From contig NZ_CP019633.1 of NCBI RefSeq assembly GCF_001997385.1, forward strand, positions 1,290,001-1,322,000: a stretch of 32,000 nucleotides of DNA. The letters run 5' to 3'. The DNA comes from Sedimentisphaera cyanobacteriorum (GTDB lineage: Bacteria > Planctomycetota > Phycisphaerae > Sedimentisphaerales > Sedimentisphaeraceae). A program made the translations under genes and the position numbers. This document shows positions 1-8,459 of this stretch, one piece after another; the stretch's first letter is position 1; the number at the start of each line of letters is the position of its first letter. Below the pieces are notes generated by a model. It made no database searches, was not told where the DNA came from, and worked only from the letters and a program-made list of their open reading frames with translations.

Positions 1-1137
1 AATGAATACGCCGTCAACAATCTCATTTGAAGGAACAAGCCTGTAGCCGGACTTGCTAGACTGAAGCTTTGTGGTCTTCCGAATATATTCTCCTGATGAA
101 AGGTTTATTGCTCTGCCTATAACACCATTTCCTGTCCCGCTGCCGCTGCCGAGTATATCAGCAAGGCTTATATTTTCTCCATGCCAATAGAAATTTTTGG
201 AGGAATCCATTATCCTCAAGAAGCCCGAAGAGCTTTGGACAATATCGGAGGTTTCGCCTTTTTCGGATATCTTAACCGCTTCACCTTCCTCAAAGAGCCT
301 TGCGCCTTTAGTTCTGTTTTCGATACGCGGGGCCATAGAGCATTTCCCCCTGAACATATGCAGCTCAGAAGAGCCGCCTGAGAATACAGAAACCCCAAAC
401 TCTGTTCCCAGATCAATAATTCGTGAAGTTGGAGTATCAGCAATGAAACCGATGCATGTAGAGGGAACCTTAAAATACGCACTTCCTTCAAGCACATTTA
501 CCCTCTCTGCATTCTCAATCTCAAATTTCGCCTCGTCTTCGAGCAGAAATTCTACGCCGTTGGATAAAAGTATCTTAGCGAAACCCTCCTCAAGCTGATA
601 TTGTTTGGAGGTGCGGAGGTAAATCCCGTTTTCATTCTCCACAGGCCTGCTGCCCTGCCACAAAACATCTGAAGAATCTGCTACCTGAGCAACCTGATGA
701 GGCCTGCTGGGCACATATACATTAACGTAATAAAGCTGATATAGTAGGAAAAGTACGCAGAGCACCGCAGCGGCAAGGGCAGACCTCTCTATCCATCGCA
801 CTGCAGTAAAGCGAACCTTACCCGACCTTTTCTGACTGGAATCTAAGGGCTGAACGTTACCCTCCTGCTGCTTTGGAGTGCACGCGCATGGAGCGGTAAG
901 CTCCATCTGCTCAATCTGGCGGCATATCTTATCAAAATCTTCACCTTGAAAGCTCACCGCCTCGCCGCCTACCTTTCCAAGAGCAGTGTTGATTGTGATA
1001 AGGTCCAGGTAGAAGCTTCGGGCATCTTCGGAGCTTTCAAGCATACTCTCCAGCTCTGCCTTTTCCTTTGGCGAAAGCCCTGTTTCCACAGAGCCCACCG
1101 TAAGCATTCTAAGCCTTATTTTCTGTTTTTCCGTCAT
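1..1137 (-). CDS. Anti-sigma factor, FecR-like, single-pass membrane protein (3' end runs off the window)
   Basis: It is absent from the ORF track because there is no stop in the window. Hand translation of the minus strand from ATG 1137-1135 stays open to base 1 (379 codons): MTEKQKIRLRMLTVGSVETGLSPKEKAELESMLESSEDARSFYLDL... It has one hydrophobic span (ALAAAVLCVLFLLYQLYY), then a beta-rich FecR-like part (IIDLGTEFGVSV, ELHMFRG, ARLFEEGEAVKI). The start overlaps the sigma-factor stop (ATGA at 1134-1137), the usual sigma/anti-sigma coupling. Confidence 0.75.
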   Translation of the reverse strand, partial: MTEKQKIRLRMLTVGSVETGLSPKEKAELESMLESSEDARSFYLDLITINTALGKVGGEAVSFQGEDFDKICRQIEQMELTAPCACTPKQQEGNVQPLDSSQKRSGKVRFTAVRWIERSALAAAVLCVLFLLYQLYYVNVYVPSRPHQVAQVADSSDVLWQGSRPVENENGIYLRTSKQYQLEEGFAKILLSNGVEFLLEDEAKFEIENAERVNVLEGSAYFKVPSTCIGFIADTPTSRIIDLGTEFGVSVFSGGSSELHMFRGKCSMAPRIENRTKGARLFEEGEAVKISEKGETSDIVQSSSGFLRIMDSSKNFYWHGENISLADILGSGSGTGNGVIGRAINLSSGEYIRKTTKLQSSKSGYRLVPSNEIVDGVFI

Positions 1138-1652
1138 TTTGACTCACCCATCACGAATCTGACGCACCTCTGCAGAAGTTCGTGAATTTTATATATCCGG
1201 CGGTAAACCTTAGGGGCAGGAAGACCTGTATGCCCTGCGATTTCATTTGCCGTACACTGCTGATTGTATTTCATATCAACAAGTTCTCTGTCTAAGTTGG
1301 GCAGCTTGCCAACGCACTCCTGGAGTGCGTCTATCCAGTCGTCAAGATTCTCCGATCTTTTCCTGCTCTGCTCTGAGAGCATACGAATGAGCTTTTCGTT
1401 CAGCACCGCCCTGTCGCCCTTTTTCTTGAGGTATTTTAGCACCTGAAATTTGGCTACAGTAAAGGCCCACGGCAGAAACTCTTCGCTGCTGCTGAGCTCT
1501 TCAAACTTCTCCATCATCACAATTGAGGCCTCCTGCATAATATCATCGGCCTCCGTACGATTTGGAACCATCGAAAGGATGAAATTATATATCCTGTGAT
1601 AGTTCGAAGTAAGAAGGTTTACAAACTCTATATTTTTAACTTTATCAAGCAT
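1134..1652 (-). CDS. ECF-type sigma-70 family RNA polymerase sigma factor
   Basis: 172-aa ORF. It has a region-2-like segment (DDIMQEASIVMMEKFEEL, LPWAFTVAKFQVLKYL) and a region-4 HTH (CTANEIAGHTGLPAPKVYRRIYKIHELLQ). It is translationally coupled to the downstream anti-sigma gene. Confidence 0.9.
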   Translation of the reverse strand: MLDKVKNIEFVNLLTSNYHRIYNFILSMVPNRTEADDIMQEASIVMMEKFEELSSSEEFLPWAFTVAKFQVLKYLKKKGDRAVLNEKLIRMLSEQSRKRSENLDDWIDALQECVGKLPNLDRELVDMKYNQQCTANEIAGHTGLPAPKVYRRIYKIHELLQRCVRFVMGESK

Positions 1653-1754
1653 AATCTCTCAATGTTTTATAGCCTGAGAAAGCATATTTTACGGGAAAAA
1701 ATAAAAAATTTCACTTATAAAGCAAACAAAATTTAAAATCTCTTTTACCTAAAA

Positions 1755-1791
1755 CAATTCAAAAGAAAGGCCGGCAGTTAAAACCGGCCTT
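1755..1791 (-). terminator. Intrinsic terminator after the R-M cassette
   Basis: Hairpin AAGGCCGG-N9-CCGGCCTT (1767-1791), followed on the minus strand by TTCTTTTGAAT. It lies about 27 nt after the methyltransferase stop. Confidence 0.65.
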
Positions 1792-1818
1792 CTGATTCGC
1801 TTCGGGAATGAATACTTT

Positions 1819-2718
1819 TTAAAACAAACGAGAATCTTCCTCTTTCCTCTGCTGTTTGTATTTATCAATCCTCTTTCTGCAGACATCAGCATATCCCTGA
1901 TCGACTTCATAGCCCACATACTTTCGATCTGTTTTCAACGCTGCCAATGCCGTTGTGCCGCTGCCCATGAAGGGGTCCAGTATAATATCCTCCTTATAAG
2001 AATACAGCTCTATAAGCCTTCTTGGGAGCTCTTCGGGAAACGGAGCGGGATGACCTACTCTTTTAGCTGATTCGGTATTCATATTCCATACAGATTTAGT
2101 CCATTCCATGAAATCTTCTTTGCTTATGGTGTTCTCTTTATCTTTCTTAGGCCTTTTAAAATCGCCTTTAGAAAAGACCAAAATATACTCATGAACATCC
2201 CTTAAAACAGGGTTAGAAGCTGATTTCCAACTGCCCCAAGCCATCGAAACTCCCGCTCCTGAGCCTTTGTTCCAGATTATCTCACCCCTCATTTTAAAGC
2301 CGATATCAAGCATAATCCGAGATATAAAATCTGACAGCGGGATATACGGCTTTCTGCCGATATTTGCAATATTCACGCAAGCGCGGCCGCCGTTAACCAG
2401 AACTCTGTAAGTTTCAGTGTAAACGTTTTTCAGCAAAGCAAGATACTCATCAAGGTCAAGATTATCATCGTAATCTTTAGATACATTGTACGGGGGAGAA
2501 GTTATCATCAAATGAAGCGAATTATCAGGAATCTCCTTCATATTTTGTGCATCAGCCTTTATCACTGTATTCAGCAGCTCCGAGGGAAACTCATTATCCG
2601 GTTCAGATGCGGAAGATTTGCTGAGATTTGAATAAATCTTGGAATTGTAAAACCCGCTTGAGTCGTGATTTATTCTTTTACTCGTTCCGAAAGAAGACGT
2701 TTTTGTACCTGAGCCCAT
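1819..2718 (-). CDS. Beta-class N4/N6 DNA methyltransferase (type II R-M, possibly m4C)
   Basis: The ORF track gives 1819-2760. I prefer ATG 2718 (MGSGTKT...) because GGGAGGA lies 8 nt upstream and it abuts the upstream stop (TAG, 2722-2720). The motif order is catalytic ITSPPYNV first and SAM-binding DPFMGSGTT near the C-terminus (PF01555-type layout). SPPY rather than DPPY is, from memory, more frequent in N4-cytosine enzymes. Confidence 0.85.
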   Translation of the reverse strand: MGSGTKTSSFGTSKRINHDSSGFYNSKIYSNLSKSSASEPDNEFPSELLNTVIKADAQNMKEIPDNSLHLMITSPPYNVSKDYDDNLDLDEYLALLKNVYTETYRVLVNGGRACVNIANIGRKPYIPLSDFISRIMLDIGFKMRGEIIWNKGSGAGVSMAWGSWKSASNPVLRDVHEYILVFSKGDFKRPKKDKENTISKEDFMEWTKSVWNMNTESAKRVGHPAPFPEELPRRLIELYSYKEDIILDPFMGSGTTALAALKTDRKYVGYEVDQGYADVCRKRIDKYKQQRKEEDSRLF

Positions 2719-2719
2719 A

Positions 2720-3358
2720 CTATTGATCCTCCCACATATCAAGCCAGCGTTTGTATGCATCGAACTCTAAGTTATTCTTATCCCATTGTACCTGTATTTC
2801 AAAAGTATTATCGTGTTCCAGTATTTCATTGAAGGCCTTAGATGATATTTGAACACCCCTTGGATTTGTACCTCTTTTAGGAAACTTTAGATAGTTATTG
2901 CATCCCAAATTTCCAAAAACTGATTTTTGAACTTCTACAGGAATATAGTAGAAAGAACCAGCATTATACCAGTTTATTCTGACAAAGATAATATCACAAA
3001 AAGGACGATAGCTTTCGCAAAATTCGCTCACTTTATCCCAATCAACAGTCCAAATCAGCTTAAAACCTGACTTCCCTCTGCCTGTTTGTGTTTTTATAGA
3101 AATTGGCTTTTTACATACCTCTACATCAACTTCTTTCTGGGTTATTGGGATGTCTGTCTTAACATTATCCCGACCGAATTTGTAAATAAGCATAGCAATG
3201 ATGATTCGCTCACGCAAAAAACCTACTTCCATCCCAATTTTTCCAGCACTTGAGCATTCCAATTCTGCTAGATGGAACATTGCCGGCAGTTTGCTTTTAA
3301 TCTTTTCTACAAGAGCTTCATCGGCTCTAATAGATTTTAGAACAGCGTTATCATCCAT
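2720..3358 (-). CDS. Putative type II restriction endonuclease (family not recognised)
   Basis: 212-aa ORF directly upstream of and co-oriented with the methyltransferase (1-nt gap). It shares the same roughly one-third GC. There is a possible PD-(D/E)XK-like stretch, TDIPITQKEVDVEVCKKPISIK. The call rests mainly on context. Confidence 0.5.
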   Translation of the reverse strand: MDDNAVLKSIRADEALVEKIKSKLPAMFHLAELECSSAGKIGMEVGFLRERIIIAMLIYKFGRDNVKTDIPITQKEVDVEVCKKPISIKTQTGRGKSGFKLIWTVDWDKVSEFCESYRPFCDIIFVRINWYNAGSFYYIPVEVQKSVFGNLGCNNYLKFPKRGTNPRGVQISSKAFNEILEHDNTFEIQVQWDKNNLEFDAYKRWLDMWEDQ

Positions 3359-3414
3359 AAAAACCTTCTAATTTTTATATTATATTCACTTATCTTACCA
3401 TAGATTAAGAATTA

Positions 3415-3452
3415 AACAATTGAAAGAGCACTGCTTTCGTAAAGCAGCACTC
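3415..3452 (-). terminator. Probable intrinsic terminator after pgi
   Basis: 12-bp stem with a 2x2 internal mismatch (GAGCACTGCTTT-CGT-AAAGCAGCACTC, 3426-3452), followed on the minus strand by TTTCAATTGTT. It lies 30 nt after the pgi stop. Confidence 0.5.
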
Positions 3453-3481
3453 CATTGATTTGCAGAAGCGAAATTCAAGAT

Positions 3482-5128
3482 TTACCTCATTAATTTGTAA
3501 GCGTTTATCAGGCCGTTAGTAGATGCGTCGTGGGAATTGATTTTTTCATCTTCTTTCAGCTCCGGGAGGATTGATTTGGCCAGCTGCTTGCCCAGCTCCA
3601 CGCCCCACTGATCGAAGCTGAAGATATTCCATATCACGCCTTGAGTGAATATTTTATGTTCATACATAGCAATAAGGCTGCCGAGGGTTCTTGGCGTAAT
3701 CTTCTTAACGAGAATAGAGTTTGTAGGTTTATTACCTTCAAACACCTTGAACGGCAGGAGCGATTGAATCTGCTCATCTGTTTTGCCTGCATCTTTGAGT
3801 TCCTGCCTGACCTGCTCTTTTGTTTTGCCCATCATAAGGGCTTCGGTTTGTGCGAAGAAGTTTGAGAGCAGTTTGCTGTGGTGGTCTGATTCGGGATTGT
3901 GTGTTTGTGCAGGGGCTATAAAATCGCATGGTATAAGCTTTGTGCCCTGATGGATAAGCTGATAGAATGCGTGCTGGCCGTTTGTGCCGGGTTCTCCCCA
4001 TACAATCGGGCCTGTCTGATAATCCACAGGATTGCCGGAACGGTCCACGGATTTGCCGCTGCTTTCCATATTCCCCTGCTGGAAATACGCGCTGAACCGG
4101 TGCATATACTGATCGTAAGGCAGGATTGCCTCGGTTTCAGCTTGGAAGAAATTGTTGTACCAGATACCGATAAGGGCAAGTATAACGGGCATATTCTTCT
4201 CAAAGGGCTGTGATTTGAAATGGCAGTCCATAGCCTCAGCTCCCTCGAGCAGTGCTGAGAAATTCTCGTATCCGATGGTGCAGGCAATTGAAAGGCCGAT
4301 AGCAGACCAGAGCGAGTATCTCCCGCCTACCCAGTCCCAGAATACGAACATATTTGAAGGGTCTATGCCGAACTTCTCCACCTCGTTTTGATTTGTTGAA
4401 ACAGCAGCAAAATGCTTTGCGACTGCTTCTTCACTCCCTGTTTTATCCACAAACCACCTGCGTGCGGTATGTGCGTTTGTCATAGTTTCCTGAGTTGTGA
4501 AGGTTTTGGAGGCAATGATAAAGAGGGTGGTTTCCGGATCAATTTTCTTGAGCGTTTCGCATATATGCGACCCATCGACGTTGGAAACAAAATGCGGGGT
4601 GATATTTTGCCAGTATGGCCTGAGAGCCTCAGTAACCATAACAGGGCCGAGATCAGAGCCGCCTATTCCTATATTCACAACGTCAGTGATCTGCTTTCCT
4701 GTGCAGCCTTTCCACTGTCCGCTGAGCAGTTTATCGCTAAAATCTTTCATCTGCGAACGAACCGCCCTCACCTTCGGCATCACATCCTCACCGTCAACGT
4801 AAACTGGCTCATTAGAGCTGTTTCTAAGGGCGGTATGGAGCACGGCTCTGCCTTCAGTTTCGTTTATTTTCTTCCCTGCAAACACCTTTTCAATCGCTTC
4901 TTTAAGCCTAGTCTCTCCAGCAAGGTCAATAAGCAGAAATAGTGTTTTCTCGGAGATCCTGTTTTTTGAATAGTCCAGCAGGATATCTTCAAATTTCAAA
5001 GAAAACTTTTCAAACCTTTCGGAGTCTTCGCTGAAGAGCTCCTTCATATGAGCGTTTTTCATATCATCAAAATGTGCGTTGAGCTCTTTCCAAGCAGAAG
5101 TTTCTGCGGGATTTATTTTATTAAGCAT
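3482..5128 (-). CDS. pgi: Glucose-6-phosphate isomerase
   Basis: 548 aa with full-length PGI-family sequence: [40 protein letters not shown], and a C-terminal [13 protein letters not shown]. Confidence 0.97.
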   Translation of the reverse strand: MLNKINPAETSAWKELNAHFDDMKNAHMKELFSEDSERFEKFSLKFEDILLDYSKNRISEKTLFLLIDLAGETRLKEAIEKVFAGKKINETEGRAVLHTALRNSSNEPVYVDGEDVMPKVRAVRSQMKDFSDKLLSGQWKGCTGKQITDVVNIGIGGSDLGPVMVTEALRPYWQNITPHFVSNVDGSHICETLKKIDPETTLFIIASKTFTTQETMTNAHTARRWFVDKTGSEEAVAKHFAAVSTNQNEVEKFGIDPSNMFVFWDWVGGRYSLWSAIGLSIACTIGYENFSALLEGAEAMDCHFKSQPFEKNMPVILALIGIWYNNFFQAETEAILPYDQYMHRFSAYFQQGNMESSGKSVDRSGNPVDYQTGPIVWGEPGTNGQHAFYQLIHQGTKLIPCDFIAPAQTHNPESDHHSKLLSNFFAQTEALMMGKTKEQVRQELKDAGKTDEQIQSLLPFKVFEGNKPTNSILVKKITPRTLGSLIAMYEHKIFTQGVIWNIFSFDQWGVELGKQLAKSILPELKEDEKINSHDASTNGLINAYKLMR

Positions 5129-5232
5129 ACGATAAAGTCCTGTAATAATATTAGCAATTTAATTCAACTTACCGGAAAGTAAATTATACCTATCAGGGAA
5201 AATTTTAAAAGCGTCTGGCTGGGAAACTTTCA

Positions 5233-5264
5233 CAAAAAAAGGCCTGCTCATATAGAGCAGACCT
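5233..5264 (-). terminator. Strong intrinsic terminator closing the PilMN operon
   Basis: Minus-strand hairpin AGGTCTGCTC-TATAT-GAGCAGGCCT (5240-5264, one mismatch), followed by TTTTTTT (A-run 5234-5240 on the plus strand). It lies 28 nt after the stop at 5292. Confidence 0.85.
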
Positions 5265-5291
5265 TAGGGTATTTTCAAATATAAATCATTA

Positions 5292-7211
5292 TTATCTTCC
5301 GGCACCGCCGAAGGGGTCAAAACCGGCGCCTCCGCCGAACGGATCGAAGCCGCCCTGTCCTTCGCCGCCTCGCTGCATGCCGCGGTTGAATCCGCCTGAG
5401 CGGGATTCCTTAACCGTGATATCACGCTCGGCCTTTGCGGTTATCGTTTTGTAGGCCTTTGTCATTGAAGAGCTCCAGTTGCGGTTTCTAATCGGAACAA
5501 CGTTCACCTGCTGATCCTGAATATATACCATACTCTCATACTGCTTTTCTACGAAGTTTCCAAGCAGAGACCAAGTGCTGGTATCGACAGTGTCCACATA
5601 AACAGCGCCTGTTGCATAATCAAACTCTTCAGGTTCAGTTTCTTCTTCCTCCTGCTGATCTCTCTGCCCGGGGCGACGGCGTCTATCGTCCTTCTTCTCT
5701 TCAACTAACCTTCCAACGCTCTCTCCCGGTTTAACAAAGAAATCATGCAGATGCCACTGACCGAGCTCAAGCTTTGCAACCTTGCAGAGCACTCCGTTGG
5801 TTTTGCCGTCTGAAGGGAATATATACTGATTTTTAAGTATATCGAAGGATTTTGTGGGTTCTGTAAAATCACTCCAGAGAACCACATCATCATTGTATTC
5901 GCTGTACTGCTCGCTGAGCCATTCTTTGCCTGCTACAGGATTAAACACTCCGCATCTCATTCTGTATCGATAGGTTTGCCCGGGCGAAACAGAGTCGTCA
6001 TGCGTCCAAACATTTATAACTCCGGAAAGCTCTTCGAGCTGCTGCCCCTCTTCTATGAGGAGCTTTTGATATTCTTCTTCCAAATCCACCTGCGGCCTTT
6101 GCGGAGTTTGCTCTTCCTGTCTTTCATCTCTTCTTCGCGTTCTTCTGTCGCGGTTTGTGTCCGGCTGATTCATACCCGGGTTGAAGCCTGCGCCGCCTCC
6201 GCCGCCTCCGCCAAACGGATCAAAGCCTCCGCCTCCGAGATCCTGCGTGTCTCTCTGAGGCCTTCTTCTTCTGTCTTCTCTTTCTTCACTTTCCTCCCTG
6301 CGCGATTCTCTGAGCTCTCTGAGCTCTTCGCGTCTTTGCATCTCAAGCTGCTTTTCATATTCATCATATAGCGACGGGGGATACCATTTCTGATCCACGA
6401 CTGCAATATCGTACATCTGCGGCTGGAGTGCATTTCTCCAAACATCCGAGGTTCTAAACTGCGGCATAAGCACATTAAGCTTATTTGCCGCCTCTACATC
6501 GTAAACCTGCTGTATAAGCTCTGCATACTTATCCACCTTAGGCCTTTCGACGGTTTGCCATTCGCTCCAGCCTGAGGCCGTAAGCACCTGCCTCTGCATT
6601 TCAATGCCTGCAAAAACAGGACTTGCAAGGGTTTGGTCTCGCCATTCGGCCTTGATGCCGCGTCCTGCGAAAGTTCTTTTAAAGCTTGCAAGCAGCTCTG
6701 AAATATCAAACTCTGCCTGAAGGGTAACAACGTCAATATCTCTCGGTTCTACTTCAGCCTGTGAATAATCATTTGCCGGCTCGAGCTTGCTGAGAGGCAT
6801 AAACCCAACCGTTCGCACCTTCTGTGCTGCAAGATTTGCAAGCTGCGGTATATCAGGCAGTCCATACTCCCTGTCTCCCTGAATTGCATCGAGCTCTGCA
6901 GCGGGCACTCCAATGGGCTGGAGGTCGAGCCCGCCTAAGCTGCTGTCCATCATAGATTTGAAATCATCCAGCTTAGCAGAATACTGCGGCTTGGGTTCGG
7001 GGGAGGATTCAAGTTTATTCTTAATAGCCTGAGTGTCCTCAAGTATTTCTCTGTCAACGTTTGCAGGGGAAACCTCCTGAGAACCATACTTTACGGCATT
7101 AGGCCCCATAATTACAAAATAGAGCAGTACCGCAAGTGAAAACAGCACCGAAACACCCAGCACTATCCAGTGTACAATACGTTCTATAGGACTTTCTTTA
7201 GATCTACTCAT
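5292..7211 (-). CDS. Hypothetical N-terminally anchored protein with R/E-rich and Gly-rich FDPFGG tracts (operon gene 3)
   Basis: 639 aa. A K/R-containing N-terminal stub is followed by a TM (IVHWIVLGVSVLFSLAVLLYFVIM). The charged block RREELRELRESRREESEEREDRRRRPQRD precedes GGGGFDPFGGGGGGGAGFNPG, and the C-terminus ends GGFDPFGGGAGFDPFGGAGR. I recognised no known domain. Confidence 0.8.
   Translation of the reverse strand: MSRSKESPIERIVHWIVLGVSVLFSLAVLLYFVIMGPNAVKYGSQEVSPANVDREILEDTQAIKNKLESSPEPKPQYSAKLDDFKSMMDSSLGGLDLQPIGVPAAELDAIQGDREYGLPDIPQLANLAAQKVRTVGFMPLSKLEPANDYSQAEVEPRDIDVVTLQAEFDISELLASFKRTFAGRGIKAEWRDQTLASPVFAGIEMQRQVLTASGWSEWQTVERPKVDKYAELIQQVYDVEAANKLNVLMPQFRTSDVWRNALQPQMYDIAVVDQKWYPPSLYDEYEKQLEMQRREELRELRESRREESEEREDRRRRPQRDTQDLGGGGFDPFGGGGGGGAGFNPGMNQPDTNRDRRTRRRDERQEEQTPQRPQVDLEEEYQKLLIEEGQQLEELSGVINVWTHDDSVSPGQTYRYRMRCGVFNPVAGKEWLSEQYSEYNDDVVLWSDFTEPTKSFDILKNQYIFPSDGKTNGVLCKVAKLELGQWHLHDFFVKPGESVGRLVEEKKDDRRRRPGQRDQQEEEETEPEEFDYATGAVYVDTVDTSTWSLLGNFVEKQYESMVYIQDQQVNVVPIRNRNWSSSMTKAYKTITAKAERDITVKESRSGGFNRGMQRGGEGQGGFDPFGGGAGFDPFGGAGR
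5295..5400 (-). repeat. Coding Gly-rich repeat tract (2x FDPFGG plus FNRG) at the C-terminus of gene 3
   Basis: The minus strand encodes SGGFNRGMQRGGEGQGGFDPFGGGAGFDPFGGAGR*. Confidence 0.9.
6171..6239 (-). repeat. Coding Gly-rich repeat tract (FDPFGG plus FNPG) in the middle of gene 3
   Basis: The minus strand encodes LGGGGFDPFGGGGGGGAGFNPGM. Confidence 0.9.
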
Positions 7212-7248
7212 TATCTCTTCCCGTTAATTCTAAGAGGGTTATTTCGTT

Positions 7249-8436
7249 TTAATCTTCTTCGCCCTGCATCTTTGTTTTAATGCTTTCAGGGATAATTTCT
7301 TCGTAAGCCTTGCGGGCAAAAATATACTCGCATGATGCAGTCCACTGAACTACAGATTTATCGCCGTATCTGTAGTATTCGTGTGCCCTTGCATCACGCA
7401 ATATCGGCATAGAACTCCAATCGAGTATTGTAATCTGATTGCCCTGATAGGTCTTTTCTTCCTGATTTCCGTCCCAGCCGTAAAACTTATGCATCTTTTC
7501 AGAACAGAGCTCTTCAACAAATTCCGGTATTTTGCTCTTCTCTATTACCACTGACACGCTGAAATGTATTACGTCCAGAGTTTCGTTATCGCCCACCCTG
7601 TTTGTAACAGAGCTTGCCACAAGAATGGGCTTGTTGTTTTCTGTAACGTAGTAAGGCTCGTCTATAATCTTGGATTTTCCTGCTCCCCTTGAAACGTAGT
7701 CAACATTGTCCGCCCTTTTCTGAAATCTCACAGCGAGCAGTCTTTTTAAGGGCGAGGCAAACACGCTCTGGGCATCTGCGTTGGCCGCTTTAACAGACTT
7801 AACTACATCCTGATACACCCATAAGGCAACCTGAGAATTCCAGCAGTCCTGAACCGCAATATTCTCCGATACAAACTCGTACTTATGCCAGAAATCGTAC
7901 CACGGAAAATTCCTCGGGTTCATATAAACCGGGTTGGAAGCAGCTTTGTTTCTGCAGAGGGCTTCAACAATCGGATCCTCGCCTTCTTCACTTCTTGACC
8001 TTCTCTCGCGGGCAGCCTTAACATTCTTTATTTCCTGCTCGCTGGGAGCATCAACCCCGCCGGCATTTTCCACCATCTTCTCAACGGCTGTCCTGTACTT
8101 TTTAGAGTAGTCCGTAAACAGCTGCCTTGAAGTGTCGTCGGGCTTAGGAAAAATCTGATAGCTTATCAGCTCTCTCATTGTGGTCTGAAGGAACATATTC
8201 TCTATAGTTGATGCGTCTTCTTCATGCATATTCTGATAGGAAGCCTCAACCCTATACTGCTCTTCAGAAGGCGTTTGAGAAGCTAATCTGCGAACCTGCG
8301 AACCCATTGAAACGCTGTCCTGCATATTGTCTTTCAAAGCAGAATTCGAAAGCCACGTAAGCACGAGTACAACAAGGCCTGCCAATGCGATAGCAGACGG
8401 TATTATTATAGTTAAATATCTTTTTAGGAAATTCAT
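7249..8436 (-). CDS. Hypothetical N-terminally anchored protein (operon gene 2)
   Basis: 395 aa with an N-terminal TM (YLTIIIPSAIALAGLVVLVLTWL); the remainder is not low-complexity. It lies 23 nt downstream of the PilMN gene, with CTGGAG 6 nt before the ATG. No family recognised. Confidence 0.8.
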   Translation of the reverse strand: MNFLKRYLTIIIPSAIALAGLVVLVLTWLSNSALKDNMQDSVSMGSQVRRLASQTPSEEQYRVEASYQNMHEEDASTIENMFLQTTMRELISYQIFPKPDDTSRQLFTDYSKKYRTAVEKMVENAGGVDAPSEQEIKNVKAARERRSRSEEGEDPIVEALCRNKAASNPVYMNPRNFPWYDFWHKYEFVSENIAVQDCWNSQVALWVYQDVVKSVKAANADAQSVFASPLKRLLAVRFQKRADNVDYVSRGAGKSKIIDEPYYVTENNKPILVASSVTNRVGDNETLDVIHFSVSVVIEKSKIPEFVEELCSEKMHKFYGWDGNQEEKTYQGNQITILDWSSMPILRDARAHEYYRYGDKSVVQWTASCEYIFARKAYEEIIPESIKTKMQGEED

Positions 8437-8459
8437 TAAATTCTCCAGCTAAGCATCTA

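Noticed and set aside
1653-1760. A possible ECF-type autoregulated promoter upstream of the sigma gene (GTGAAAT...CGTAAA on the minus strand).
   Set aside because: The spacing between the AAT and the CGT is about 14 nt, shorter than the usual 16-17. The -35 match is weak and the background is extremely AT-rich.
3641-4942. Several 74-176-aa ORFs on both strands within the pgi interval.
   Set aside because: All are nested in or antisense to a full-length, unmistakable pgi, and their sequences are Cys/Arg-rich nonsense typical of shadow ORFs.
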